A stretch of DNA of 64,000 bases from Ignavibacteria bacterium. Lineage in GTDB: Bacteria > Bacteroidota > Ignavibacteria > Tepidaquicellales > OLB5. Positions 55,240 through 63,321 of this stretch are shown in pieces. Position 1 is the stretch's first letter. Every line of letters begins with the position of its first letter. The position numbers and the translations under genes were made by a program. Where the stretch lies: positions 1,461,075 through 1,525,074 of the forward strand of contig JAFLBX010000002.1 in NCBI GenBank assembly GCA_017303675.1. Reading direction: 5' to 3'. Below the pieces are notes generated by a model, which was not told the DNA's origin, did not search any database, and was given only the letters and a program-made list of their open reading frames with translations.

Positions 55240-56529
55240 ATGGAGATTTTCTCACAAATACCGGAGCTGTTCATTGATTTTATTATCACAGTTGCCCTTG
55301 CATTCCTGATAGGGTTTGAGCAGCGCAAAAGGCGTGATGAAGAAAAAGAGGACAGCGAAGAAACTGATTCGCCCTCTTTCGGTACAGACAGGACCTTTGC
55401 ATTCATTGGTTCACTTGGATTTATTTTGTATACCATCTCGCCGCAGAATCTTTACCTTTTTATAACGGGCGCAGTTATACTTGCAGCACTGCTGGGAATT
55501 TTTTATTTTTCAAAGATCCGTGATACAAAATCATGGGGTCTCACATCAATTTTTGTTGCTTTTATTACATATTCTCTCGGACCGCTTATTATCACACAGC
55601 CAAAATGGCTTACTGTACTTATAGTTGTTACAGTACTGATAATGGTCGAAAAGAAAACTTTTTTCAAAAAAGTATCCGAAAGGATAGATATTGAAGAGTT
55701 CACAACCCTTGCGAAATTTCTCATCGTTGCAGGAGTCATACTGCCATTGCTGCCCAGTGATGTAACACTGCCATATATAAGCCTCTCGCCATATGAAATA
55801 TGGCTTACAGTTGTGATAGTTTCGGCAATATCCTATGCAAGCTACCTGCTTCAGACTTATTTTTTCAGGAAGTCTGGAGTAATAATCACGGCGCTGCTTG
55901 GGGGAATGTACAGTTCAACGGCAACAACTGTAATAATTTCAAAACGGAGCCGTGAGGTAAAAAGCAGCTCAGGAATTTATGCTGCATCAATAATAATAGC
56001 AAATGCAATGATGTACCTTAGGGTGCTGATACTTATGTTCATCTTTAACAGGGAGCTTGCCTTCATGATGCTTCCATTTTCAGCGATATTAATTGTTGCA
56101 ACAGCTTCAGCGGGAGTATTTATTTATTTAAGAAATAAACCCAAGCAAAAGGAGCTTCTTCAGTCACCCCATACAAATCCGCTTGAACTTAAGGTTTCGC
56201 TTCTGTTTGCGGGATTGTTTATACTCTTCAGCATAGTAACATCATACACTATCACGAATTTCGGCACATCAGGGCTTGATATACTTTCTTTTATAACCGG
56301 GTTTACTGATATTGACCCGTTTTTGCTGAACATTTTCCAGGGCAAATATGAGCTTCCGCTTGATACACTTGGCAGGGCCGCGCTGCAGGCGATAATTTCA
56401 AATAATATCCTGAAATCTATTTACATATTATCTTTTGCTGAAAGGCATACGAAGATCTTAGCCGGTACGGCCATGGGAATTATAACTTTGATCACTGCTG
56501 CGTTGGCATTGGTTGTTGAGATAATGTAA
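55240..56529 (+). CDS. MgtC/SapB-family membrane protein with DUF4010-type C-terminal extension
   Basis: N-terminal VALAFLIGFEQRKR MgtC-like motif, followed by about 10 helices; 429 aa. Confidence 0.75.
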   Translation: MEIFSQIPELFIDFIITVALAFLIGFEQRKRRDEEKEDSEETDSPSFGTDRTFAFIGSLGFILYTISPQNLYLFITGAVILAALLGIFYFSKIRDTKSWGLTSIFVAFITYSLGPLIITQPKWLTVLIVVTVLIMVEKKTFFKKVSERIDIEEFTTLAKFLIVAGVILPLLPSDVTLPYISLSPYEIWLTVVIVSAISYASYLLQTYFFRKSGVIITALLGGMYSSTATTVIISKRSREVKSSSGIYAASIIIANAMMYLRVLILMFIFNRELAFMMLPFSAILIVATASAGVFIYLRNKPKQKELLQSPHTNPLELKVSLLFAGLFILFSIVTSYTITNFGTSGLDILSFITGFTDIDPFLLNIFQGKYELPLDTLGRAALQAIISNNILKSIYILSFAERHTKILAGTAMGIITLITAALALVVEIM

Positions 56530-56604
56530 CCGCAAATGAAGAATGATAAAAGATAACCAACTTTCAAAAGGCGAAAGTCAGGCGAATTTCACTAATTACA
56601 CGAA

Positions 56605-57303
56605 TTGAGCAGGAAAGTATTTGTAATATTATTAATATTGTTTTCTGTAAACCAATTTTCTTTTGCACAAAAAATTGAGCCGGGAAGGTATGTTTCTGTA
56701 TGGAAGTATAATCATTTTACAGGAGAGACTGTTTATAATTCGGAATATCGCGAAGAAATTACAATCCTTGATAGCTTACACTTTAAATTTGGATACAGGG
56801 ATGATATTGTAAACGATATTGGTTTCGGAACTTACTTGCAAGGAATGGGCTCTTTATATTTACAATTTAAAGATAAACCAATAGATTTCGATACATCAAG
56901 TTTTGTGATTATAGATTCCACTATTTCAATAAATGATACTATAAATATTGAATTAAAATTAACAGATGGGGTGGGTCCGCTCGTTAGTGCATTTATTGCG
57001 TATTGGAAAGGAAGTGAAAAAATACTTTCTATGCCTAGTAATAAAGATGGTGTTGCTTACCTAAAAATACCTCGACAAGATCTTGGTGGTTTGTTACAAG
57101 TATCATACATTGGCTACGAAACAGTAAAATTTTATTTATTCAGTGTATTCAATAAAAGAATCAGAATACGAATGAAAATACCATTTACATTAATACCAGA
57201 AGGAAAGATTTTAAAATATTCAATAAAAGACATTAATGATGACGGTTTCTATGCAAGAGGTGGAATTTTTTCCGAATGGACTTTTTTTAAAAGAGAAGAA
57301 TAA
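56605..57303 (+). CDS. Secreted hypothetical protein (possible carboxypeptidase-regulatory-like beta-sandwich)
   Basis: TTG start and a signal peptide ending FSFAQK. No firm domain assignment. Confidence 0.45.
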   Translation: MSRKVFVILLILFSVNQFSFAQKIEPGRYVSVWKYNHFTGETVYNSEYREEITILDSLHFKFGYRDDIVNDIGFGTYLQGMGSLYLQFKDKPIDFDTSSFVIIDSTISINDTINIELKLTDGVGPLVSAFIAYWKGSEKILSMPSNKDGVAYLKIPRQDLGGLLQVSYIGYETVKFYLFSVFNKRIRIRMKIPFTLIPEGKILKYSIKDINDDGFYARGGIFSEWTFFKREE

Positions 57304-57318
57304 CCGAATTAATTTACA

Positions 57319-57675
57319 TTATTTTTCATAGAATTTCAGATCCAACTCTTTAATTTTAATAAATCCTGAATCAGCTGTTAGTAGAGGCATTCCCATATAA
57401 AGTGAAGTGGCAGCGATAACTGCATCATTTAACTTAATTCGATACTTCTTTCGTAAATCAATAACATGTTGTTTTATATCGTGATTCATTTCTATTACGG
57501 TACAATTATCTATCATTGCCTCAATTTTCTTCAACTCAGCGTTTGAGATGTTATGATAACTCAAAAGTTCTATTTCCGTGATATATGATATGTAAACCTG
57601 AGTTCTGTTCAGAAGGGATTCGATTTTGTCATCTTCGTTAAGCAGATAGAGGAGAATATTAGTATCTACAACCAA
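57319..57675 (-). CDS. vapC: PIN-domain toxin (VapC-like)
   Basis: TTG start 5 nt after a GGAG. Has the VVDTNILLYLL N-terminus plus conserved acidic residues (IELL, NDAVIAAT, TADSGF). Confidence 0.8.
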   Translation of the reverse strand: MVVDTNILLYLLNEDDKIESLLNRTQVYISYITEIELLSYHNISNAELKKIEAMIDNCTVIEMNHDIKQHVIDLRKKYRIKLNDAVIAATSLYMGMPLLTADSGFIKIKELDLKFYEK

Positions 57676-57683
57676 TTAGCTCC

Positions 57684-57851
57684 TCACTCTTCTCTCATTT
57701 TCTTTTGTATTTCGAGCGGATCTTCCTTAAGTTTCAAAATTCCATTATACTTCTTAGCATCAAAAAGTTTCTTTTGACTGGAATATCCCGTAGGTTTGAC
57801 CTTACGTTTGATCTGCCTTTTTGTATCTGTCTTCTTAATTACTGTTACCAT
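57684..57851 (-). CDS. Putative antitoxin (55 aa), not in the supplied ORF track
   Basis: My own translation of the minus strand gives MVTVIKKTDTKRQIKRKVKPTGYSSQKKLFDAKKYNGILKLKEDPLEIQKKMREE*. Its stop lies 8 nt before the PIN gene's TTG start, with GGAG in between. Confidence 0.6.
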   Translation of the reverse strand: MVTVIKKTDTKRQIKRKVKPTGYSSQKKLFDAKKYNGILKLKEDPLEIQKKMREE

Positions 57852-57923
57852 TTTATAAATTTAAATATATTTTATCAAAATTGCTATTTATTAAAACCAC
57901 ATAAAATGTTAAATTGTTATTAA

Positions 57924-58160
57924 ATGAGAACAATAGCAGAAATACACCACCTAAAATGCCGGATATCGGTTTTTTTGTGGAATCAGAAATACTTGGTAAA
58001 GCTTGAGCAGGACGGACTGGAGCAGACATTTAAGCTCAACCAGTTTGATGTACTGAGTGAAGATAAATTGAAGGAAATGATTAATGAGGAGTTCATTGAA
58101 TCCGCATTAAAACGATTTGATGAAATGCGCAATGATTTAGGAAAACTGATCAGTTTATAG
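57924..58160 (+). CDS. Small hypothetical protein
   Basis: 78-aa ORF with an acidic helical C-terminus. No recognisable motif. Confidence 0.4.
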   Translation: MRTIAEIHHLKCRISVFLWNQKYLVKLEQDGLEQTFKLNQFDVLSEDKLKEMINEEFIESALKRFDEMRNDLGKLISL

Positions 58161-58276
58161 TTGACAGTTGATAATTTACAGTTAAATCTGATCTGTTATT
58201 TGTTTTTTAATATTTGATATTTAATATTTGGTGTTTGGTATTTGGTATTTGGTATTAATTATTTGATATTTGAACG
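58158..58276. repeat. 7-nt periodic array: 4 units YAGTTGA/TAATTTA-type (58158-58185), then 11 in-phase units TTRRTRT (58200-58276)
   Basis: Heptads written out by hand: TAGTTGA CAGTTGA TAATTTA CAGTTAA ATCTGAT CTGTTAT TTGTTTT TTAATAT TTGATAT TTAATAT TTGGTGT TTGGTAT TTGGTAT TTGGTAT TAATTAT TTGATAT TTGAACG. The first unit contains the upstream stop TAG. The last contains the hslR TTG start. Confidence 0.9.
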
Positions 58277-58638
58277 TACGAATCGATAAATATTTATGGT
58301 GCATCCGTTTATTTAAGTCACGCAGCCTTGCAACCGAAGCATGTGATGGCGGTAAGGTCAAGATCGATGGCACCAGTGTAAAGCCATCACGCCATATAAA
58401 GCCGGGTGAGATAATAACTGTTCAGCAGGGATATGTTAAGCGGGCTTTCAGGGTGCTGGAGCTGCTTGAAAAACGTGTTGGAGCTCCGCTGGTAAAAAAT
58501 TATGCTGAGGATATAACTCCCCCTGAAGAGTTTGCAAAACGGGGAACAGAACGCTTCGTTTCATATCAAAGCAAGTTCAAAGGCACAGGAAGGCCCACTA
58601 AAAAAGACAGAAGACTTATAGACAGGATGAAGAGTTGA
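58270..58638 (+). CDS. hslR: Ribosome-associated heat shock protein Hsp15 (S4 RNA-binding domain)
   Basis: RIDKYLWCIRLFKSRSLA...GKVKIDG..VKPS..IK.GE matches the S4 domain. TTG is the only possible start, because there is an in-frame TGA at 58264-58266. Confidence 0.85.
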   Translation: MNVRIDKYLWCIRLFKSRSLATEACDGGKVKIDGTSVKPSRHIKPGEIITVQQGYVKRAFRVLELLEKRVGAPLVKNYAEDITPPEEFAKRGTERFVSYQSKFKGTGRPTKKDRRLIDRMKS

Positions 58639-58680
58639 GAGTTGATAGTTGTCAGTTGAGATTTGATAGTTGATAATTTA
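58632..58680. repeat. 7-nt periodic array NAGTTGA x7 starting inside the hslR stop codon region
   Basis: GAGTTGA GAGTTGA TAGTTGT CAGTTGA GATTTGA TAGTTGA TAATTTA. The first unit ends with the hslR TGA stop. The 14-mer AGTTGATAATTTAC (58668-58681) is identical to 58166-58179. Confidence 0.9.
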
Positions 58681-58859
58681 CTATGCAAACAGTTAATCAG
58701 TTAAATAGTAAATAGGTTAAAGGGTAAAATCGCTCAATAAATTTATTTTTATAAACCATTAATAATCACCATTATACGTTTAAAACTGAAACATTTTATC
58801 ATTTAAACTGATTTTTATTATTAGTAATTTTGTAAAATCAATTAATTAAGGAGCAACGT

Positions 58860-59366
58860 ATGTTATCAGGAAAGCTTCAGTCAGAACTTAACAAGCAGAT
58901 GAACAATGAGTTCTTTGCTGAGTATGAATATCTTTCAATGGCAGCATATTTCCATTCAATGAACCTGGATGGAATAGCCAATTATTTCCACGTGCAGGCA
59001 CAGGAAGAGCATTTTCATGCAATGAAAATTTTCCACTTTGTGCTTGATAAAGGCGGCAAGGTTGAGCTTCAGCAGATAGCGCAGCCCGATGTTACATTTA
59101 AATCACCGATAGAAGTATTTGAAAAAGCGCTTGCCCATGAAAAAAAGGTCACTAAATCAATAAACGACCTGATGGATGATGCAATAAAAGAAAACGATCA
59201 CGCTGTAAACAGCTTTTTGAAATGGTATGTTGATGAACAGGTTGAAGAAGAAGCGCTTGCAAGCAAAGCTTTAGGAAAGATGGAAATTATTGGCGGTAAA
59301 GGCGAGGGTCTGCTTATTTTAGACCAGGAGTATTCATCAAGATCATTTACTCCCCCTGCTGCTTAA
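58860..59366 (+). CDS. ftnA: Ferritin (non-heme, Ftn-type)
   Basis: AAGGAG RBS. LNKQMNNEFFAEYEYLSMAAYF and QEEHFHAMK ferroxidase-centre motifs. Confidence 0.9.
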   Translation: MLSGKLQSELNKQMNNEFFAEYEYLSMAAYFHSMNLDGIANYFHVQAQEEHFHAMKIFHFVLDKGGKVELQQIAQPDVTFKSPIEVFEKALAHEKKVTKSINDLMDDAIKENDHAVNSFLKWYVDEQVEEEALASKALGKMEIIGGKGEGLLILDQEYSSRSFTPPAA

Positions 59367-59394
59367 GAAGGAAATTGAATTCACACGATCATAT

Positions 59395-59426
59395 AAAGGG
59401 AAGCCGTAAGAAGCCTTCCCTTTTTT
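59395..59426 (+). terminator. Rho-independent terminator of ferritin gene
   Basis: AAAGGGAAG-N11-CTTCCCTTT running into a T-run. Confidence 0.65.
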
Positions 59427-59456
59427 AATATTTTAATAATTACAGGTTTAAAATTA

Positions 59457-61505
59457 ATGCATAAACAAAACGATACGAAACACAGCTCATCGGAATTTTT
59501 CGGCACTGTTATGGAATTCAACCGGAAAAAATATTCAGACCAAACCCTGCTTGAGCTTTATAAGGCAATTTTGCTGCCCAGAATGATAGAAGAAAAAATG
59601 CTGCTTAACCTGAGGCTTGGTAAAATAAGCAAATGGTTCTCCGGTATCGGGCAGGAAGCTATTTCAGTAGGCTTAACAATGGCTATGCAGCAGGATGAAT
59701 ATATACTGCCTATGCACCGTAACCTTGGAGTATTTACATCACGCGGCGTTCCGCTGGATAAGCTTTTCATGCAGCTGCAGGGCAGCTACAACGGATTTTC
59801 GAAAGGTCGCGAAAGGTCATTCCATTTTGGCACCAATGATTATCATATTGTGGGAATGATAAGCCATTTGGGTCCCCAGCTTGGCATTGCAGATGGAATT
59901 GCACTGGCTGAGCTGATGAATAAGCTTAAGGATAAAAAACATGAAATTAAGACAACAGCTGTATTTTCAGGTGATGGCGGCACAAGTGAAGGCGACTTCC
60001 ATGAATCATTAAACGTGGCCGCTGTGTGGGATCTGCCCGTACTGTTTATAATTGAAAATAATGCTTATGGACTTTCAACTCCGGTAACCGAACAATATAA
60101 GTGCAAAGCGCTGGTTGATAAGGCAATCGGTTACGGAATGGAATCATACCAGATTGACGGAAATAACCTGCTTGAAGTATATGACAGGATCTTAACTCTG
60201 CGTAACAGCATGAATAAAAAACCGCGTCCGGTGTTAATTGAATGTATGACCTTCCGTATGCGGGGACATGAAGAAGCCTCCGGTGTTAAATATGTGCCTA
60301 AAGAATTATTTGAGAAGTGGGAAATAAAAGATCCGGTAAAGAATTATGAGGCGTATTTAAAAGAGCTGGGTTTGCTGAATGATGAAATCATTCAGGATAT
60401 ACGCGCCGGATTTAAAAAGGATATTGAAGCCGGACTCGATAAAGCTTTCGCTCAGCCAAAGATAGTACCCGATACAGCATATGAAATTAATGATGTTTAC
60501 GCACCATATAACCCCGTTATAATTGAGCCTGGTGAAGCATCCAAAGAAAGGCGCTTTGTTGATGCTGTTTCTGACGGGCTGAAGGAAGCGATGATAAAAC
60601 ATGATAACCTTGTGCTGATGGGTCAGGATATTTGTGAATACGGGGGTGTGTTTAAGGTTACAGAAAATTTTTATAAGGAGTTCGGCAAAGAGCGAGTTAG
60701 AAATACGCCGCTTTGTGAATCAGCAATAGTTGGTTCAGCGCTTGGGCTTTCAATAAAAGGTTACAAGGCAATGGTTGAGATGCAGTTCGCTGATTTTGTG
60801 ACCTGCGGGTTTAATCAAATTGTGAATAACCTTGCCAAAATAAATTACCGCTGGGGACAGAACGCTGATGTAGTTGTAAGAATGCCTACTGGCGGAGGTG
60901 TTGGCGCAGGACCGTTCCACAGCCAAAGCAATGAAGCTTGGTTCACCCATGTACCCGGTCTGAAAGTAGTTTACCCCGCAACACCGTATGACGCTAAGGG
61001 ACTGCTTTTAAGCGCTTTTGAAGACCCCAATCCCTTGTTGTACTTTGAGCATAAAGCGCTCTACAGAAGCGTGAGCGAAGACGTGCCTGATGGTTATTAC
61101 ACATTGCCCATTGGCAAGGCAAGATACGAAACCGAAGGTGACGATGTTACAATCATTACCTACGGCATGGGTGTTTACTGGGCATTAAATGCCCTTGAGA
61201 ATATGAAGGATATTTCGGCTGATATAGTTGATCTGCGTACATTGCTGCCATTGGATTATGATACCATCGCTGAGAGCGTTAAAAAAACAGGTAAGGTAAT
61301 TATTCTGCATGAAGATACACTCTTTGGCGGAATTGGAGGGGAGATCGCCGCATGGATAGCGCAGAATTTGTTCGAATACCTCGATGCGCCTATAATGCGC
61401 TCAGGTTCACTTGATACACCCGTTCCATTTGCAACTGAGCTTGAGCAGAATTTCTTCCCGAAAGAAAGATTTAAACAGCAGTTGAGGGAATTGGTTGATT
61501 ATTAG
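59457..61505 (+). CDS. 2-oxoacid (branched-chain/pyruvate-type) dehydrogenase E1 component, fused alpha+beta subunits
   Basis: The N-terminal half has the TPP-binding alpha motif (GDGGTSEGDFHESLN, ..IENN.YG.ST). The C-terminal half has the beta/transketolase-like region (NTPL.E.AIVG.A.G, EMQFADF, PTGGG.GAGP.HSQS). An alternative start at 59511 is possible. Confidence 0.88.
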   Translation: MHKQNDTKHSSSEFFGTVMEFNRKKYSDQTLLELYKAILLPRMIEEKMLLNLRLGKISKWFSGIGQEAISVGLTMAMQQDEYILPMHRNLGVFTSRGVPLDKLFMQLQGSYNGFSKGRERSFHFGTNDYHIVGMISHLGPQLGIADGIALAELMNKLKDKKHEIKTTAVFSGDGGTSEGDFHESLNVAAVWDLPVLFIIENNAYGLSTPVTEQYKCKALVDKAIGYGMESYQIDGNNLLEVYDRILTLRNSMNKKPRPVLIECMTFRMRGHEEASGVKYVPKELFEKWEIKDPVKNYEAYLKELGLLNDEIIQDIRAGFKKDIEAGLDKAFAQPKIVPDTAYEINDVYAPYNPVIIEPGEASKERRFVDAVSDGLKEAMIKHDNLVLMGQDICEYGGVFKVTENFYKEFGKERVRNTPLCESAIVGSALGLSIKGYKAMVEMQFADFVTCGFNQIVNNLAKINYRWGQNADVVVRMPTGGGVGAGPFHSQSNEAWFTHVPGLKVVYPATPYDAKGLLLSAFEDPNPLLYFEHKALYRSVSEDVPDGYYTLPIGKARYETEGDDVTIITYGMGVYWALNALENMKDISADIVDLRTLLPLDYDTIAESVKKTGKVIILHEDTLFGGIGGEIAAWIAQNLFEYLDAPIMRSGSLDTPVPFATELEQNFFPKERFKQQLRELVDY

Positions 61506-61555
61506 TTTTTACTGCAGTGATGAGAAGACGCAGAGAGATGAATAATTAATTAAAA

Positions 61556-61576
61556 AGACGACCTGTCGGGTCGTCT
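61556..61576 (-). terminator. Terminator-like hairpin AGACGACC-N5-GGTCGTCT (T-run on minus strand)
   Basis: Read directly from the sequence. On the minus strand it is followed by TTTTTAATTAATT and lies downstream of the DLH gene. Confidence 0.55.
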
Positions 61577-61595
61577 CTACAAAAAAAAATCAAAT

Positions 61596-61623
61596 GTAGG
61601 TCAAAGGCATGCCTTTGACCTAC
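61596..61623. repeat. Perfect 28-nt palindrome GTAGGTCAAAGGCATGCCTTTGACCTAC
   Basis: Read directly from the sequence. It ends 5 nt from the DLH stop codon, in a convergent intergenic region. Confidence 0.9.
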
Positions 61624-61627
61624 TATC

Positions 61628-62545
61628 TTACTTCATTTTCTCTTTTAAAAACGCATATGTTTTTTCTTTTGCATCTGTTGTGGCGGTAACATCGTGTTTT
61701 GGATTGCTTGGATTTGCGAATCCGTGTCCGGCATCGTAAATAATAATTGTTGCGGGAATATTCAGGCTCTTTAGATCACTTTCAAACTTCCCGGCTACCT
61801 CAGGTGTAATTCTCCCATCCTGCTTCGCGAAAATTCCCAAAACCGGAGCTTTAAGCTTAGCAAGCCTATCCGGATTCTGCTCAGGCATTCCGTAATATAT
61901 CACACAAGCTTTGCATCTATCTCCCAGCTCAATTGCAGCCTGGTTGCTCCATGAACCCCCGAAACACCACCCATAAGTTGCAAACACTGCATCACTGCCT
62001 GCATAGTCTTTTGCGCCGTTTAAGATCACAAGTGCGCGGTCGTTTGTTACCGATTGCACATACTTTACGGCTTCATCATTGTTCGTTGCGACTTTACCGT
62101 CATACAGATCTATTGCGAGCACGTTTACATTCCCTAATGTTGAGGCGACTTCTTCAGCCTCACGCTTAATATAATCATTCAGTCCGTACCATTCATGGAA
62201 AAGGAATACCCAGTTGTTAGTCGGGTTATCAGCCTTTACTTCATACCCGTTTGCGTCAATGCCATCGCTTGTTTTATAGGTGATCATTTTCCCCTTTCCA
62301 TCTGCCAGAGTAAAAGTAAGCGGCTGGGGATGCTCATTTTTAAAGCTCTCATCATTACCAAACATCGCCATTATGTTCGGGGCAGTAATATCGCTGCCTG
62401 TAGTGCCTTTAACTTCTTCGCAGCACTCAGCTTTGGGTTTCTTTTCAGTTGCTGTAGTCTCTTCTTCACAGCAATCATGTTTCTGAGAATATGAAATATT
62501 CATAAAAGTAAAAATAAGAATTAATGAAAGCAGTAATGTTTTCAT
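61628..62545 (-). CDS. Dienelactone hydrolase family protein with signal peptide and N-terminal CCEE-repeat segment
   Basis: DLH-like core (..LFHEWYGLNDY.., GWCFGG nucleophile region, ..YDAGHGF). The N-terminus has HDCCEEE...AECCEEV. Confidence 0.78.
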   Translation of the reverse strand: MKTLLLSLILIFTFMNISYSQKHDCCEEETTATEKKPKAECCEEVKGTTGSDITAPNIMAMFGNDESFKNEHPQPLTFTLADGKGKMITYKTSDGIDANGYEVKADNPTNNWVFLFHEWYGLNDYIKREAEEVASTLGNVNVLAIDLYDGKVATNNDEAVKYVQSVTNDRALVILNGAKDYAGSDAVFATYGWCFGGSWSNQAAIELGDRCKACVIYYGMPEQNPDRLAKLKAPVLGIFAKQDGRITPEVAGKFESDLKSLNIPATIIIYDAGHGFANPSNPKHDVTATTDAKEKTYAFLKEKMK

Positions 62546-62569
62546 GGCAGTATGATTTGATTTATAGAA

Positions 62570-63316
62570 TTATAATTTTTCTGCTTTGAAATCGGTTTCT
62601 TTGGGGTTAAGATAAGTAATAATAAAACCGTGTGATACGCATTTTTCTTTTATATATGATAGAATCAGTTGAGAGGGTGAGTAGGTTCCGTATTTAACTG
62701 AGCGAAGTACAGAAAATTTAAGCCTTAAAGGCTTATGCTCTGTTAGCATGCTGTTAAAACTAATGATAATTATAGGTTTATATACAATTTCAGAGCTCAT
62801 TGGGTTTAATTTTCCAATAACTGAGCTGACGGTGTTAAAATCAATATATCTCTCTTCACCGCCGGTAATAACATATAAATTTCCTGCCTCATCGATTCTG
62901 ATTTTTTTTCTGAAGTGCCTTCCAACAGTTATTATCATTAACCCGGTAATAACAAGCATTACAGCTATAAGATAGTAGCCGTTAATAACGGCGCCTACTG
63001 TAGAAACCAGCGGATAGAAAGCGAGGAATGATATCCAGTTATTATCAATGGTGAATTCACCGGTAAGAGCATTCGCAGAAGTAATTGTACTTTTTTCTTT
63101 GCCCCTGCCGTGGGAAATAATGTAAATATAAACAACAAATGCTGCAAGGAACCAAACTACTGCAAGGGGTATCCTTAAAAATTGCGGGATATGCTCAAAG
63201 AGAAATGCTGCAACCAGCGGCGGCAGCGCGAAGATAAGGATTATTAAAACTGCCTGGGGACCTGAAGGCATCCGCCACTTTGTTACTCCCCTTTTATTGC
63301 CATAACCAAACGACAT
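62570..63316 (-). CDS. Membrane protein (hypothetical)
   Basis: 248 aa with four hydrophobic helices and a soluble C-terminal ~100 aa. Confidence 0.5.
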   Translation of the reverse strand: MSFGYGNKRGVTKWRMPSGPQAVLIILIFALPPLVAAFLFEHIPQFLRIPLAVVWFLAAFVVYIYIISHGRGKEKSTITSANALTGEFTIDNNWISFLAFYPLVSTVGAVINGYYLIAVMLVITGLMIITVGRHFRKKIRIDEAGNLYVITGGEERYIDFNTVSSVIGKLNPMSSEIVYKPIIIISFNSMLTEHKPLRLKFSVLRSVKYGTYSPSQLILSYIKEKCVSHGFIITYLNPKETDFKAEKL

Positions 63317-63321
63317 TCGCT

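Noticed and set aside
59457-61505. The fused E1 alpha/beta 2-oxoacid dehydrogenase as a novelty.
   Set aside because: To my knowledge, single-polypeptide alpha+beta E1 components of about this size are common annotations in Bacteroidota-like genomes, so the fusion is expected for this lineage.
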